From contig JBHGNT010000010.1 of assembly GCA_043228905.1 (NCBI GenBank), positions 4,340,001 to 4,404,000 of the forward strand: 64,000 nucleotides of DNA. Direction: 5' to 3'. The DNA comes from Azolla caroliniana (lineage: Eukaryota > Plantae > Polypodiophyta). The notes under the pieces are model-generated. The model was not told where the DNA came from. It searched no databases and saw only the letters and a list, made by a program, of their open reading frames with translations. A program made the translations under genes and the position numbers. This document shows, piece by piece, positions 26,169-41,280 of the stretch. Position 1 is the first letter of the stretch; every line of letters starts with the position of its first letter.

Positions 26169-29100
26169 CTCCCCCTCAAGCTCAACCTGAGGTGGGGTCG
26201 TAGTGTCGACCTCTATGGCAGTCGGTTCTTCCAACCGACTTCTCCTGGCGACACTCCGCCTTGCTCGCGCTCCTCGTCCGGTCCGGTCCCGTTTGTCGCG
26301 ACCCCTTTGGTTCTGCGCGCCTCGACCCTCTCGGTCGGTATGTCTGCTCAATCGGCCCATCTCAGCAGTCACGTTGTTGTGACTCCAGCGCTTGCCGATC
26401 CGTCGGTTCTCCCACGATGGCATCGACTTCCGCTGTGTCTGTGTCCCCTTGGCCTTCAATCGATCCGTCTCATCCGGATCCATCTGTTGATCCGAGTCAG
26501 CTGTCTCCGACTCGTTCCAGCTCTTGTTTGAATCGGTACACTTCGATTCGACTTCCGGTGTCAGGCCTCTCACCACATCGGACCACTTCCGAGTCTTGGC
26601 CTTCTCCATGCTTCCCTCGGCTTCTTCAGCCGGTGAACCGAAATTGAATTCTTCATTCGACTCTGTATCATGGTCAGTACCGTCGTGATGACCTCCGCAC
26701 AACATGCGCTTCTCTTCCTGAGTGCACAACTCTTCTTCACAGCCGCTTGCTCCGACCTGTTCGGATGTGTCGACTTCCTTCATCTTCTTGTCTCCTCTTC
26801 TTTCGGCTCTCCTCTTACCGATGGGTTCAACAGTTTTTTTTCCTTTGCCAGTTTCGGTAGAGACTTTGCCCTTGCTTCTCCCCCTCAAGTGCGGCACGTC
26901 GAGATGTTGAATACCAAGCATGTCGGTAAAGTGCTGCAACTTGTCCGATCCGAGCGGCTTGGTGAAGATGTCGGCAACTTGCCGATCCGTATGAACATAC
27001 CGTAGGTCAACTTCACCGCTCAGGACCCGCTCACGCATGAAGTGGTAGTGCACCTCGATGTGCTTTGTGCGAGCATGGAACACAGGGTTCCTGGCGAGCT
27101 GCAGGCTGCTCATGTTATCGCAGTAAATCGGGATTGGGGTCGGCACCTCGATCCGCAAGTCTCGCAGCAGTCGCCGAAGCCAGATGGCTTCACAAGTGGC
27201 AACGGTAGCAGCCCAGTACTCAACCTCAGTGCTTGACAAAGCCACTGTGGGCTGCTTCTTGCTGCTCCACGCAACGGCCGTGCTACCTATGGAGAACATG
27301 TATCCGGAAGTGGAGCGACGATCAGACGCATCTCCAGCCCAGTCAGCATCGGTGTAACCGACAAGCTCTTCGGGTATACCTCGGCGGTATAGCAGTCCCC
27401 GGTCCTTAGTGCCGCTGACATACCGTAATATGCGTTGCGCGCACTGAAGGTGCTCCACGGTCGGCTTCTGCATGAACTGACTTACCATGCCGACCGGATA
27501 GCTGATGTCGGGTCGGGTGATGGTTAAGTAGATCAGGCTTCCGACAACCTGTCGGAACCGTTTCTCATTGCAGGCCGGTCCGGAGTTGGGACAGAGCTTT
27601 TGGTTTCGGTCCAGGGGTGTGGAGACAGGTCGGCAATCTGTCATGCCGAACTTATACAACATATTCAACACGTAATGTCGTTGCGAGAGCAATATGTCGT
27701 CGGGGGTCCGGATCACTTCGATCCCAAGAAAATAATGAAGGTCCCCCAGGTCCTTCATTTCGAATGCGTTCAACAACTGGGACTTGACACGGTTGATTTC
27801 GGGAAGACCCGGTCCGGTGATGACTAAATCATCCACATACAAGAGTATACATACCGGACCGTCAGAGCCTTGCCGGATGAACAACGAAGAGTCCGACTTG
27901 GAGACAACAAACCCCAGCTTACGCAACCGGTGCGTGATCTTCGCGTTCCAAGCTCGGGGGGCTTGCTTCAAGCCGTAAAGCGACTTCTTCAGTCGGCATA
28001 CCGCCGACTTGTTCATCTCCGATTGAAATCCGGGGGGCTGAGTCATAAAGACTTCTTCTTCAAGCTCTCCTTGAAGGAAGGCGTTCTTCACATCCATCTA
28101 GTGAAGATGCCACCCCCTTGCCGCAACAACCGCCAGTACCACACGAATCGTCATCATCTTCGCCACAGGAGCGAAGGTCTCGTTGTAGTCGATTCCGTGG
28201 GTCTGCGCATATCCCTTCGCCACTAACCGGGCTTTGTACCGGTTAACAGAACTGTCGACGTTGTACTTGACCTTGTACACCCACTTGCATCCGATCGGTT
28301 TACAGTGACGGGGAGGATCAACTAGGTTCCAAGTTTCGTTGGCATCGAGTGCCCGCATTTCTTCGTCCATAGCGGCACGCCAATTTGCGTCCTTTGCCGC
28401 TTCTGTGTAGCTCTCCGGCTCACGCACTTCTGTCACCTTAGTCATGTATGCATAATGATGCGCAATGTATTCATTGTACTCGTACCGTATGGCGGGATCC
28501 TTCTGGCGGGTTGATCGGCGCAACGCACCGTCACCTGATTTGAGGCCCTTCTTGGCCAGTTCGGTCTTCGTTACCGAAGATCTGCCTTTCTCCTTTTCGG
28601 AGTCGGATACGCACCGATCCGACTCATCGTTGCCGGTTTCAAATTCCAGCATCTTCCTCTTCCCCTTCTCTTTGCGCGTGAACCGTTTCCTCGGTTCCTT
28701 GCGTGGGGAGAGCACGACAGAGTTTCCACCACTTGCCGTCTCTTCATCCGACTAGTCCAACCGACTCAGTCGCTCGTTCGGTCCACTCAACCGTAACGAT
28801 TCCGGACTCTCATCTTGAGTCTCGACTTCATCATCCTCTGCCAGGGCTGATTCAGGCTCACTGGCCTGATCTTCCGGCATTCGGTCGGGATCGGAAGTCG
28901 GAGTCGGTACGGAGTACTAGGATGCCGATTCATCGAACTCGACATCCCGGCTAACTCGGACTTCCTTCGTCCGGGGGTTATAGCACTTATACCCCTTTTG
29001 CTCTTGAGCATAGCCGACTAGGATGCATTTTTCCAATTTTGCATCCAGCTTTCTCCGCTTCTGATCCGGCACATGCACATACGCTATGCTGCCAAATATC

Positions 29101-31142
29101 CGAAGGTGTCTTAAGTTCGGCTTGTGCCCGAAATACAGCTCATGAGCTGACACCTTGTCACCAATGCAGTTTTGTATGTAGACGGCCGTCTAGACCACCT
29201 CCACCCAGTAGAACCGGGGCATGCTCTTCTCCTCTAGCATTGCCCTTGCCGCTTCGACGAGTGTCCGGTTCTTCCTTTCGGCCACACCATTTTGCTCCGG
29301 TGTGTATCTGCAGCTGAACTCTCGCCGAATTCCCTTCTGCTGCAGATAACTAGTGAATTGGCCGGAAAAATATTCCTTTCCGCCATCCGACCGAAGGCAT
29401 TTGATCTTCCTCTCCGATTCCCGTTCCACCATCTTCTGGAGGCTCCGGAAACAGTCGAAGAGTTCGCTCTTCCGCTCAATGAGGTAGATCCAAGTATGTC
29501 GAGTATAGTCGTCGATGAAGGAGACGAAGTATCGGCTCCCGCCAAGGCTTACACTTTGTGCCGGTCCCCACACATCCGAATGGATGAGATCGAGCTTGTT
29601 ACGGCTCCGGTTCCGTTCGGTGGGGAATGGAAACCGGTGTTGCTTCCCAAGTTGGCAGGCTTGACAAATTTCGGCTCTCCGGCTGCTGAACTTCGGCAAA
29701 CCGAAAACGACTTGTTTTGTTTGCAGGTCTTGAAGCCTCCGGTAGTTGACGTGGCCTATCCACTTGTGCCACAGGTCGATGTCCGACTCGACCTTTTGTC
29801 GATTCGCGAACAGAGCAGTGCCAAGGTCATTGGTGTTGAGGATAAACATCCTCCCATCTCTGCGCCCTTGCGCAATGACTTCGCCCTCATCCTCAATGAA
29901 GCACCCGAGGTGCGTAAACCGCACCTGCATCCCTTGGTCGACAATCTGACCGACGGACACCAGGTTCTTCGTGATTGTCGGAACGTGTAATACGTTCATC
30001 AGCTTCCCTTTCTGTCCGACGTGGCTTAGAGGGACTTCTCCGACGTGCACGATTCGGTGAGGAGTGTCGTCTCCGGTTTCAACTACTCCTGGTTGATCCG
30101 GTTTCTCCAGAAAGGAGAACCACTCTTTGTGGCTCGTCATGTGGTTCGACGCGCCGGAATCAACATACCACACTTCCTCCGTTTTGGAAGTGGTCTTCTT
30201 CATTGAGTTTGCCTTGTGATTCATCACCAAGGCTGGTCCCTTACCGGCCTTTCCGGTTCCGGATCCTCCTGATCCGTTTGCGTAGTGCGAGTTTTGCCGA
30301 CCATCCTTACCGGTCTTGCCGGATCCGGATTTGTCCGAATCGGCACGCTTTCTCCAGCACTCGCTTTCCCTGTGGCCTTTTTTTACCACAGTACCAGCAT
30401 TCCCTAGCGGATTTGTCTTGCCGGCCTCCGGCACCGCCTTGACTCCCCCTGCTTGTGGAAGTCCCGGAACTGCTGTCGGCACGCTCATAGTGCCTCCGTT
30501 CCTGCTCTTGCCGGCCGCCTCCATTGCGTGCCGACCCACCTCTTCCACCACGCCCACGGAGCCGATCCGTTCCCGTGTACAACATTCGGCTGTCCGGGGA
30601 TGCACTGGTAGATGCACCGGCGTGGTTCTCCTCTATAAGGAGCATCGACTGTAAGTCGAAGAATGAGGGGGTATTCTCCCTTGTACACACCGCAGTCCGG
30701 AACGCTCCGAACTTGGACGCCAGGCCTCTGAGACATACCTGCACCATCTCGTCTTCCTCTACGGTAACATTGATAGAGGCGAGCGAGTCGCAGATCTCCT
30801 TTATCCAGCCCGTGTAGTCTGCCACAGACATGTTCTTCTGTCGAACATTGCTCAACTCCTGTCTGAGTTGCAGCTTCCGGGCAGTGGTGCTTGCGGCGAA
30901 AACCTTTTTCAGGTTCCCCCAAGCATCCTTCGGTGTCTTGGCGTCACGGATGTGGCTGAGCAGCTGATCGCCGACACTGGACGCGAAGCAGTACATCACC
31001 TTGCTTGCCGCCTGTTCCCATACCGGGAAGTCCTTGTGTGCCGAGTCTGGCGCTGCATCATTCTCTCCTTCGACATAACTCCAGTACCCGTGTCCAAGCA
31101 GGTACTGGTGCATCTTGTAAGACCAGGATGCGTAGTTGCTCC

Positions 31143-31749
31143 TGATGGAAAATAATCGATTGACACTTTCCAAACTTCACCTCTCGGCCACAACCGAGGA
31201 AACACACGAATCGTTGTTGCAGAAAATGGGAAATGCGAAAAATAGAATGGACACACGATTTAACGTGGAAAACCCTGTACGGGAAAAAACCACGGGAGTA
31301 CAAGACTCCGAACCAAAACTATGCACAGAGAAGTATACAATGGCGAGCTGCAAGGCGACGACCTTGAGCTCGCTGTCCTCGCCACAGGCGGCGGAAATAC
31401 ACAGAGGCGTCGACCTCTTCCTCTCTCACGCTCTATCTCTCTCACGGCTGCTCTCTCTTCACTCCTCTTGAGTGGAAAAACAAAAAAATGAGTAGCAACA
31501 TTAAAACAGTTTGCCCTAAGTCATATTTATACACATATGACTTTGGGGCTATTTACAACTATAGCCTCAAGGGCCCTTGGCAAACATATTCACAGATATG
31601 TCCCCGCATCCGGATCTCTCTCCGGGTACATTCGTCATCCGGCTCAGAAGCCGGGGTCTTCATCATCCGGTTCCGAAACCGCAACCGGGCTTGTCGGCAT
31701 TCATCTCCGACATCCGACCATCCCATCCGAAGGGACCGTAATCCCAACA
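31143..31749 (-). mobile_element. Solo LTR (607 bp) of another family inserted in the copia gag; TSD GGAGC
   Basis: TGTTGG...CCATCA flanked by GCTCC at 31138-31142 and 31750-31754. Removing it restores gag MATSLPVEKLDRS|NYASWSYKM from ATG 31788. Confidence 0.88.
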
Positions 31750-31894
31750 GCTCCTGTCGAGCTTCTCCACCGGGAGCGACGTAGCCATGCCTCTATCCAT
31801 GTCTTCTACTGTGTCTGTTTTCGACCTGTTAGGGTTTTCTTCTCAAGAGTAAATGTCTGCAGCAGAGGTTCTCAACCCTCGCGCTCTGGTACCA

Positions 31895-31934
31895 TGTAAA
31901 CGTAAGTGTTTGCGGAAGCGTAAAACAGAGAACA

Positions 31935-31972
<38 letters not shown>

Positions 31973-32300
31973 ACACAATTTCAAAATTATATCAAGACTC
32001 CTTTTTCTACACACTGTGCTAAGTAGCACTATTTATACAAGTCCTCTTGGGACTGACAGAAGTACCATGTACTTCAATGCTCACACGAGCATCTGACACT
32101 TACTACGAGACTATAGCTACCTAGTGGTCTATCCTATACTAGGCTTTCGATTGGACTACCGGTTACGGATTGCACCCGGCCTCCATTGTTTGCCGGTTCG
32201 GTTGCTCACCGTCATACCGATCCGTTTCGCCCGATCCGTCTCGCTTACCGGCTCTGGCTTATTCAGCCGATCCGGCTCCGGTTGCGCTTGCCGCTCAACA
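31895..32300 (-). repeat. 5' LTR of the copia element
   Basis: Direct repeat of 25771-26168, followed on the minus strand by the PBS. Confidence 0.95.
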
Positions 32301-32305
32301 AATCT

Positions 32306-32940
32306 CTAGCTCAAAAAGGACTCATCATGCGTAGCATGCATTTGGTCAAACCTACTCCATGTTTCCTTATATTGCATATGCTAAAACGTAAATTCAAGCT
32401 CATCTTCATGCAACCATTTCCATACATCCAAGTTCAAAATCTCTTATACTAACTTGTACCAAACAACTTGCTCATAAGAATCCATCAATGGGATTCGTGA
32501 AGTAGTATGTGATGCATCAATAAATATGTTAAAATTCCAATCAACAAACCAATACGATCCGTTGATAACCTTGGATGCATAGAAGACCACAACTCAATGC
32601 TATGTTTAGTAGTATTGGGTGCATAAATTCCTACTAACCATATCAAAACATAGAAGTATCGAACTTCCATCACCAAAAAACATCCATATGGATCATTATA
32701 CACTATATGTTGACAAAACAAATCGTGAATACATAACTACACCTAACTAATGATGTGATAACTAACGCATAATATGCAAATATATCCACACAAAATGTAT
32801 CATTGCTCCTACTAAATGATGACACTCCTGTTTAATTGCACATAAAACATCTCATTCCTTATCAAATAAAGTTTTCCACAATATATTTCTTATGAGGAGA
32901 ATATGTCACTCGCACATTCCAGGATACCACTTCCATTTAA
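32306..32940 (-). mobile_element. Degenerate LINE ORF2 N-terminus (APE endonuclease), same LINE as 24345-25770
   Basis: MEVVSWNVR start near 32935; GIYAPN motif. Confidence 0.7.
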
Positions 32941-33104
32941 CAACTTTAGTAAGAACTTGCTTTTACAAGTGAGGGTATGCATAAATGTACTAATTGCTTG
33001 TTCAAGAATTACATAAGGATCTGTGTGTACCCTCCACTAATCATAGGATTTCATTGTCTATGTTACACTCCTATTTCATGGAGGTCATCAAAACTACATG
33101 AAAA

Positions 33105-34430
33105 CATGGTTGGGACACAAGTTGGACACAAAACATGCTCATATATCATATTAATAAGGAAAAACTTACAATGTCCCGAATCGAGACAAACAAAAACCCA
33201 AAACTCGGAGTTGGGACGAATCCGGACTGAGTTGAGACAACTCCCACACAAGAGAGAGACAAAGATTAACTATGCCCCTTAGTGACCAAATGGTGATTAG
33301 AGAGAGAGAATCAAAGAATAGCTCACAAATGAGGAATAATCCTCATTATATAGGCCAAAGATGGCCATTGGAGTGGGTGGCCATTGGGCTAGATGTTGGG
33401 TGGTCCCTTGGGACCACCTGTTGGGATTGGGTTATCCCAACCCAAGGTGCCGCCTTTTTGGGACTAGGACTGGGCCCCTTGGTGTGTCCTAGTCAAATTT
33501 GGGATTGTGTCCTAGTTGGGGCAGCCTAGGATCATCATATTCATCCAAGTCCCATGAAGCCATCAATGTCACAAGGTAGTACCAAGCACTTCTGCATTTT
33601 GGGTTTCCACCACGACTCCTCTATGTTGCACGTGATCTTCTTCATGGTTTCCACTTGAAGGAGTTCCTTTTTCTCACCTCCTTGTTTGGTCTCGTTCTTC
33701 ATGTTTGTCACCTTTGAGGGGTTTTGCCTTGGTCTTACTCTCATTCCTGATTTGGAGCTCTAACTCATGCTTCATGGTTCCTCAAGAGAGTTTCTCCACC
33801 TTAGTCTCTTACACAATCACCTCTATCTCAAGCCTTCATTCTATGGCATCTTCGTGTTCTGCTTGCTCAACCACCTTTGGTGAGTTCATCTTCTCCTTGA
33901 CCCAAATCTTGAGCTCTCATTCATGCTCAACCTTAGTTTCTTGATCGACTTTCTTCACCTTAATCTCTTGCTCGACTTTCTCCACCTCTAGCTCTATTGC
34001 TAAGGCCTCTTCATGTTGTTCTTATTCTTTCTTCCTTTCTTTCTCTCCCAACTTGGTTGTTTCCATGTTGAACTCGATCTCAATCTCGATCTCATCGGTC
34101 ACAGACTTTTCTTTCCATCAAGTTGTTTCCTCCATACTTGGCTCATCCATCGTGATTGGGCCAATCTCACTAGAAGCCACCTTGACTTGTATCGTTGGCT
34201 CCTCTTCTTCTTGTATGAGCTCCTCTTGAGCTATTGCATCTCGAGCGGTACTCCTTTCTCGCCTAGGGTCTTCGTGTCGGGCGACCTCCCAATCACTCGT
34301 TCCGCAATCTCAATTGCTCCCTCCCAAGTTGGCAATTCTCATTTCTCGACCTTCTCCCTCACCAGGTTGTAATCCCTCAAGGAACCTGTACAACCTATGT
34401 TGAGAAGCAAGCTCAACATGGGCCCGATTC
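33105..34430 (-). mobile_element. Degenerate LTR-element remnant: LTR-like ~33105-33537 plus gag-like acidic internal sequence
   Basis: TATA GGCCTATATAATG on the minus strand; RFLRDYN gag-like segment resembling the gypsy VSRYLRDY motif; boundaries uncertain. Confidence 0.4.
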
Positions 34431-34439
34431 GTTGAACAA

Positions 34440-35210
34440 GCTGAGAGCTGGATCGGATGAAGACTGATCGGTGAGTGGATCAAATCGGAGAGCCAGATCC
34501 GCGGGTAGGCTGTTAGAGACCTACGATCCTAGTTTAGTAGGTAGTTATATTTTTGGGAGTTAGTGTCAGTAGCTCAATCATGAGCATTGAAGTACTTGAC
34601 AGTACTTCTGATCATCCTTTAAGGACTTGTATAAAAGTGTTATCTGATCACATTTGTTTGTACAAAGAACATATTATTTTGAATTGAGTATTTCGTCTTC
34701 TACTCTCTCTGTCTCTCTCATGTACTGTATGTTCTTCCATTGTTTCTCTACGTTTTCTATTATTATCTGGCTAAGCTGGTTGTGTCTGTTTCAACTTCCA
34801 CATGTTAATCTTTTCATTGTATCAGAGCGCAAGGGTTGAGAATCCTCTACTCTCCGGACAAGCCCTAATCCCCAGACAAGTACAAACAAGAAGAAAATGA
34901 ACAGAGGAATGGGTGGTGCTCTTCCGACGGAGAAGTTGGACATGAGCAACTACGCATCTTGGGAGTACAAGATGCACCAGTGCATGCTTGGGCATGACTA
35001 CTGGAGTTACATCCACGGAGAAAACTAAGTTGTGCTAGAATCGACACACAAGGTTTTTCCAGTGTGGGAGCAAGCGGCAAGTAGAGTCTTGTACTGCCCT
35101 TGCATCCTGTGTGCACGATCAGATGTTTGGGCTACATTCCGGATGCAAAGACGCCGACGGAGGCTTCGGAAAATCTGAAAAAGATTTTCGCCGCAACTAC
35201 CACGGCTCGG
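34440..35210 (+). mobile_element. Truncated, diverged relative of the 25771-32300 copia family (LTR, PBS, gag start)
   Basis: TGTATCAGAGCGCAAGGGTTGAGA PBS region; MGGALPTEKLDMSNYASWEYKMHQ; IFAATTTAR. Confidence 0.8.
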
Positions 35211-35668
35211 ATCCATAATCATCCTCTCATTTTCCTGTAATCGCACCACATTATACCTCGCATGTGATTCATGAAGAGCATGAAAGAAATTGTGTGATTG
35301 ACAATTACAGTCATCCACTTATTGTCTCAACTTATGTAGTCTAGCTTGTTGATAACTCTTAACTTTCATATCACATAAATAAGTTGATAATATTTTGTGA
35401 ATATCCAATAATTGCTCATCCATTGGCCAATAACTTAGTAACGCATTACATCGTCCCAACAATGTAGCCAAAGCCTTTATTTTTCTTCTTCTCTTGAAGG
35501 CATTGTACATTCCATAAAATCTGGATAGCTTTTGCACATTTACAACAAATACATCCCAAGCCTCAAACCCAACATCTTGAACATGTAAATTGAATTTCTC
35601 AATCAATTGACACATGTAACCATGAAATACTTCATGTTCTAAAAAAGATGAATTAAAACGAAGAGGAG

Positions 35669-35726
<58 letters not shown>

Positions 35727-36349
35727 CAAGGCCAAATGTTGGACGCAAAACAAGACCATTTGAATGCCAAAATTTATCCCACGTCTTACCAACCCCATGA
35801 GCTTTAGCTCATGTAGTGCCCTTACAAATCACCCACGCAAGTTAGGCATTGAGACATTGAGCTAGCATCATGGCATCAAACTACACACAAGTGTGAGGAT
35901 ATGCAATGAAGACTTTAAGGGGATGAATGTCACTTCTCATTTTCTCTAACATATAATGGAATTTGTGAAAAATATTACTTGTTAGAGTGAGGATGATGAC
36001 TAAGGTGCCATACTCAAAGCACTATGGATAAGGTTGAGTGTAGTATGCATGCATTATTTTCTCATAGATATATTTTACTACTAGGTAACTATCCATGTTC
36101 ATAGGAAGGAGACATACAACATGTACATGCGTATTTAAAGTTCTATGGATAAATTTTGGCTTGCTCTAGGACCATGAAAATTTGAACTCTCTTTCTCTCT
36201 CTAGAAGTTCTTGTCTTTGTCTATTGTTGAGAGAGAGTGAGATGTTAAAGAGGGAAGGGTATTTTGAGATATATTTGGGGAACTTTCAAAATGTGAGGGG
36301 TATGTCATGAAATTCCCAGACATGTAGGGGAATTTTTGTTAATTTCCAG

Positions 36350-36900
36350 CCATAAACTTATAAATGAACTATGAACCATTTAATTTCAATTTCCTGGTAA
36401 CTTCTTATCTATTGGTGCTTGTTGGAAAGGATAGTCATTTCCATTTCCTGAGGTTGATCACATCACATGCTACTATTTGTTTTCCTCATAATCAAGGAAA
36501 CATGGGGATTTCACTTGTACAACATTGAAGCACTTGGCAAAAGGATGAGGAATTCTTAGCTTCAAGCATCCAAACCATGGCTTGTCTTGACGTTTTGCGA
36601 TAACGTTGAGAAAGTTTTATACAATTTTACGGATCTGGTTTATAAGGCTTTTCCCTTTGGAATGGTATTGCCTAAATATCGCAATGCTAGCAATGATTAT
36701 TGATTAATGTAGAAGGTGTCTCGCAACATAATTGGTTACCATCTCAAATTTCACTCATTCACTTTTGTCTTAGGTTGACCCTTATTAGCATTTTCATTCG
36801 AGGTAACCTTAAAAAACAACACATTTGCTATCAGAGTCTTAATGTGGGATTATAGCTTAGGTGTTTGGTGACATATATGAAGGGTAATTGCCACATCCTC
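36350..36900 (+). mobile_element. Highly decayed gypsy-like RT/RNaseH remnant
   Basis: Only faint KD.FP.PEVD-like and RNaseH-like fragments. Confidence 0.25.
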
Positions 36901-37402
36901 AGTCCCGTTTTGGGCATTCCTTTGGGTTTCTATTTATACATGTCAATGCATAGCAACCCTAATTGGAAATTTCCCAATGCATACAATTTTTAGGGTTACT
37001 TCTAAAGGAAATCTCCAACTAGGGTTGTTATGCATTGACTCAATATCAACATGCATACACTTTTTAGGGTTACTTCTAAAGGAAATTTCCAACTGGGGTT
37101 GCAATGCATTGACATTTATAAATATTATTGACCACATTCCATAATAATCCTTTCCCTTTCACAAAAGAAATAATAGCTAATTGAATGCGTCCATCGCAAT
37201 TGTGATCTTTTGAATATGATTGTGAAATGACAAACACCGTCGATTGTGAATATAAAATTCACATTTTTTTTTATTCTTTTTCTTCCAAAAATATTCTTTT
37301 TTTTTTCTTGGCATTTGCCATGAGCCGCATAACAACATATACATAAAATAATGTATCATAGAATACAAAATAAAGATTGGAGTCATTTTTATTTTATATT
37401 TT

Positions 37403-37600
37403 ACTAAATAGTAAATAATTGTAGCTCAATCAATTCCTTTCATGATAAACCATCTACATGAAAGGAAACATAGAACCTCATAACAATACAAGCATTGTTT
37501 ATAGAATGTATAGAGGGAAATATATTTTGATTGTTTCTTTATGAGTGAAGTTTTTATTATTGATAGTCTTTTAAACCAATTTGTCAATATACTTAGAGCC

Positions 37601-37639
<39 letters not shown>

Positions 37640-37940
37640 ATGGCCAATTAACAAAATTGTATAAGCTTTAAATGTATAACATGACTAAATAGTAAATAAT
37701 TGTAGCTCAATCAATTCCTTTCATGATAAACCATCTACATGAAAGGAAACATAGAACCTCATAACAATACAAACATTGTTTATAGAATGTATAGAGGGAA
37801 ATATATTTTGATTGTTTCTTTATGAGTGAAGTTTTTATTATCGATAGTCTTTTAAACCAATTTGTCAATATACTTAGAGCCAACAAGAGAGAGAGAGAGA
37901 GAGAGAGAGATCATGGCCAATTAACAAAATTGTATAACAT
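37403..37940. repeat. Near-perfect ~281-bp tandem duplication downstream of centrin
   Basis: ACTAAATAGTAAATAATTGTAGCTCAATCAATTCC... at 37403 and 37684, each ending (GA)nTCATGGCCAATTAACAAAATTGTATAA. Confidence 0.92.
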
Positions 37941-38081
37941 GATATAATTAACAAACCAAAGTTGTTCTTAACAAACCTTCTTCTTATTTAAAGGTAATTG
38001 CAGCATTACAATCTGTATGCAACCTTATAATGGTATTTATATCCCTTGTAGAAAGTATAATAATAACCTAAACTAATCAAA

Positions 38082-40145
<2,064 letters not shown>

Positions 40146-40321
40146 GGCTTTAGAAGATGGAAGGATGTATGAATCACGCAGCTTGCAGGAACAATTAGAA
40201 GAAGAAGAAATGCAGAAATTCAGGGACAGGTAGCTGAAGGAATCGGATTGAGTTGTGTGTGTGAGAGAGAGATGGACAAAGAGAGACAGAGATTTTATAT
40301 GAGCAAAAAAAACACAGAGAG

Positions 40322-40389
<68 letters not shown>

Positions 40390-40899
40390 GATGCCAAGAA
40401 GAAGAAGAAGAAGAAGAAGAAAAAGAAGGAGAGGAAGAAGAACAGAGAAGAAACAAACCAAAACAAAAAATTAACGACTAACGGTTTCCATTGAAAACCG
40501 TTGGTAGTTATTTTTTATTTCCCAGGTATTTAGGTTTTAAATATTTCTTTTAAATATTTTCCCGTCTTTTTTGAGCCAAATAAGTTATTGTACTCCCTTT
40601 AGCTATGTGTGTCTTTATAACTTGTTTAATATATATAAGCTATTTACTTAGATATAGTCATTGGCCAAGTCTAGCAGAGCATCTGTACCTCGCTTGTTAT
40701 ATTGTGACATTCGGAAACCAGTTCTCGTCACTCATGTACCAGAATTTTATAATTTGACCCCCGGATAGGAGTTCCGCCTCCTTGTGTATTGGTGGCCATT
40801 GGCATGAGAGTGCGACTTCACGAGTGACGCAACTCGTATGGTAATGTTTCTCACCCTATTGTACTATTGATCATTTGAATGCGTCACTTCGAAAACGAT

Positions 40900-41280
40900 T
40901 TATAGCCCATTCTTGTCGTCGTAGTTTAATTTGAGTAATGCTCGGAAAACTATTCTTGTCACCATTGTAGTGTGATTTGAGCGGTGCTTGGAAAACAATT
41001 CTCGTCATATCATTTGTTGTCGTAATGTAATTTGAGTGATGCAGCATGCTCAAAAAAAGAATTGTCATCGTGCTCATGCTCATGTGATTTGAGTGATGTT
41101 CAAAAACAAATTGGCAAACAAGTATTGTCTCCGTCGTAGTGTAATTTGAATGGCTATTGGTCAATTAATTCTCGTTGTCACCTTCATCATAATGTGACTT
41201 GACTGATGTTTAAAAACAAATCTCGTTGTCCTCACACTTATGTGACATTCAATAAACAATCCTCGTTGTCGTCATGTTTA
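40900..41280. repeat. Degenerate ~55-60-bp minisatellite
   Basis: Recurring AAAACAATTCTCGTTGTC...GTAATTTGAGTG units. Confidence 0.6.

Larger units (their letters stand above)
25771..32300 (-). mobile_element. Full-length Ty1/copia LTR retrotransposon, disrupted; 5-bp TSD AATCT
   Basis: LTRs 31895-32300 (5') and 25771-26168 (3'), TG..CA ends, ~10 substitutions. PBS TGGTACCAGAGC (iMet type); PPT AGGGGGAG. gag with CWYCGKKGHRESEC, then PR (WYVDSGAS), INT (HSDVWGP, LRSDGGKE), RT (MDVKNAFLQG, LYVDD), RH (YTDADWAG). In-frame stops near 29190 and 28098; frameshift near 30380. Confidence 0.96.

Noticed and set aside
30377-30386. Copia gag/pol frameshift at an A7 run as programmed recoding
   Set aside because: It falls inside the zinc knuckle of an element with other lesions; a homopolymer indel is the simpler explanation
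26261-30922. Many overlapping alternative-frame and antisense ORFs within the copia element (likewise within the gypsy)
   Set aside because: Expected shadow ORFs of GC-rich coding sequence; no domains
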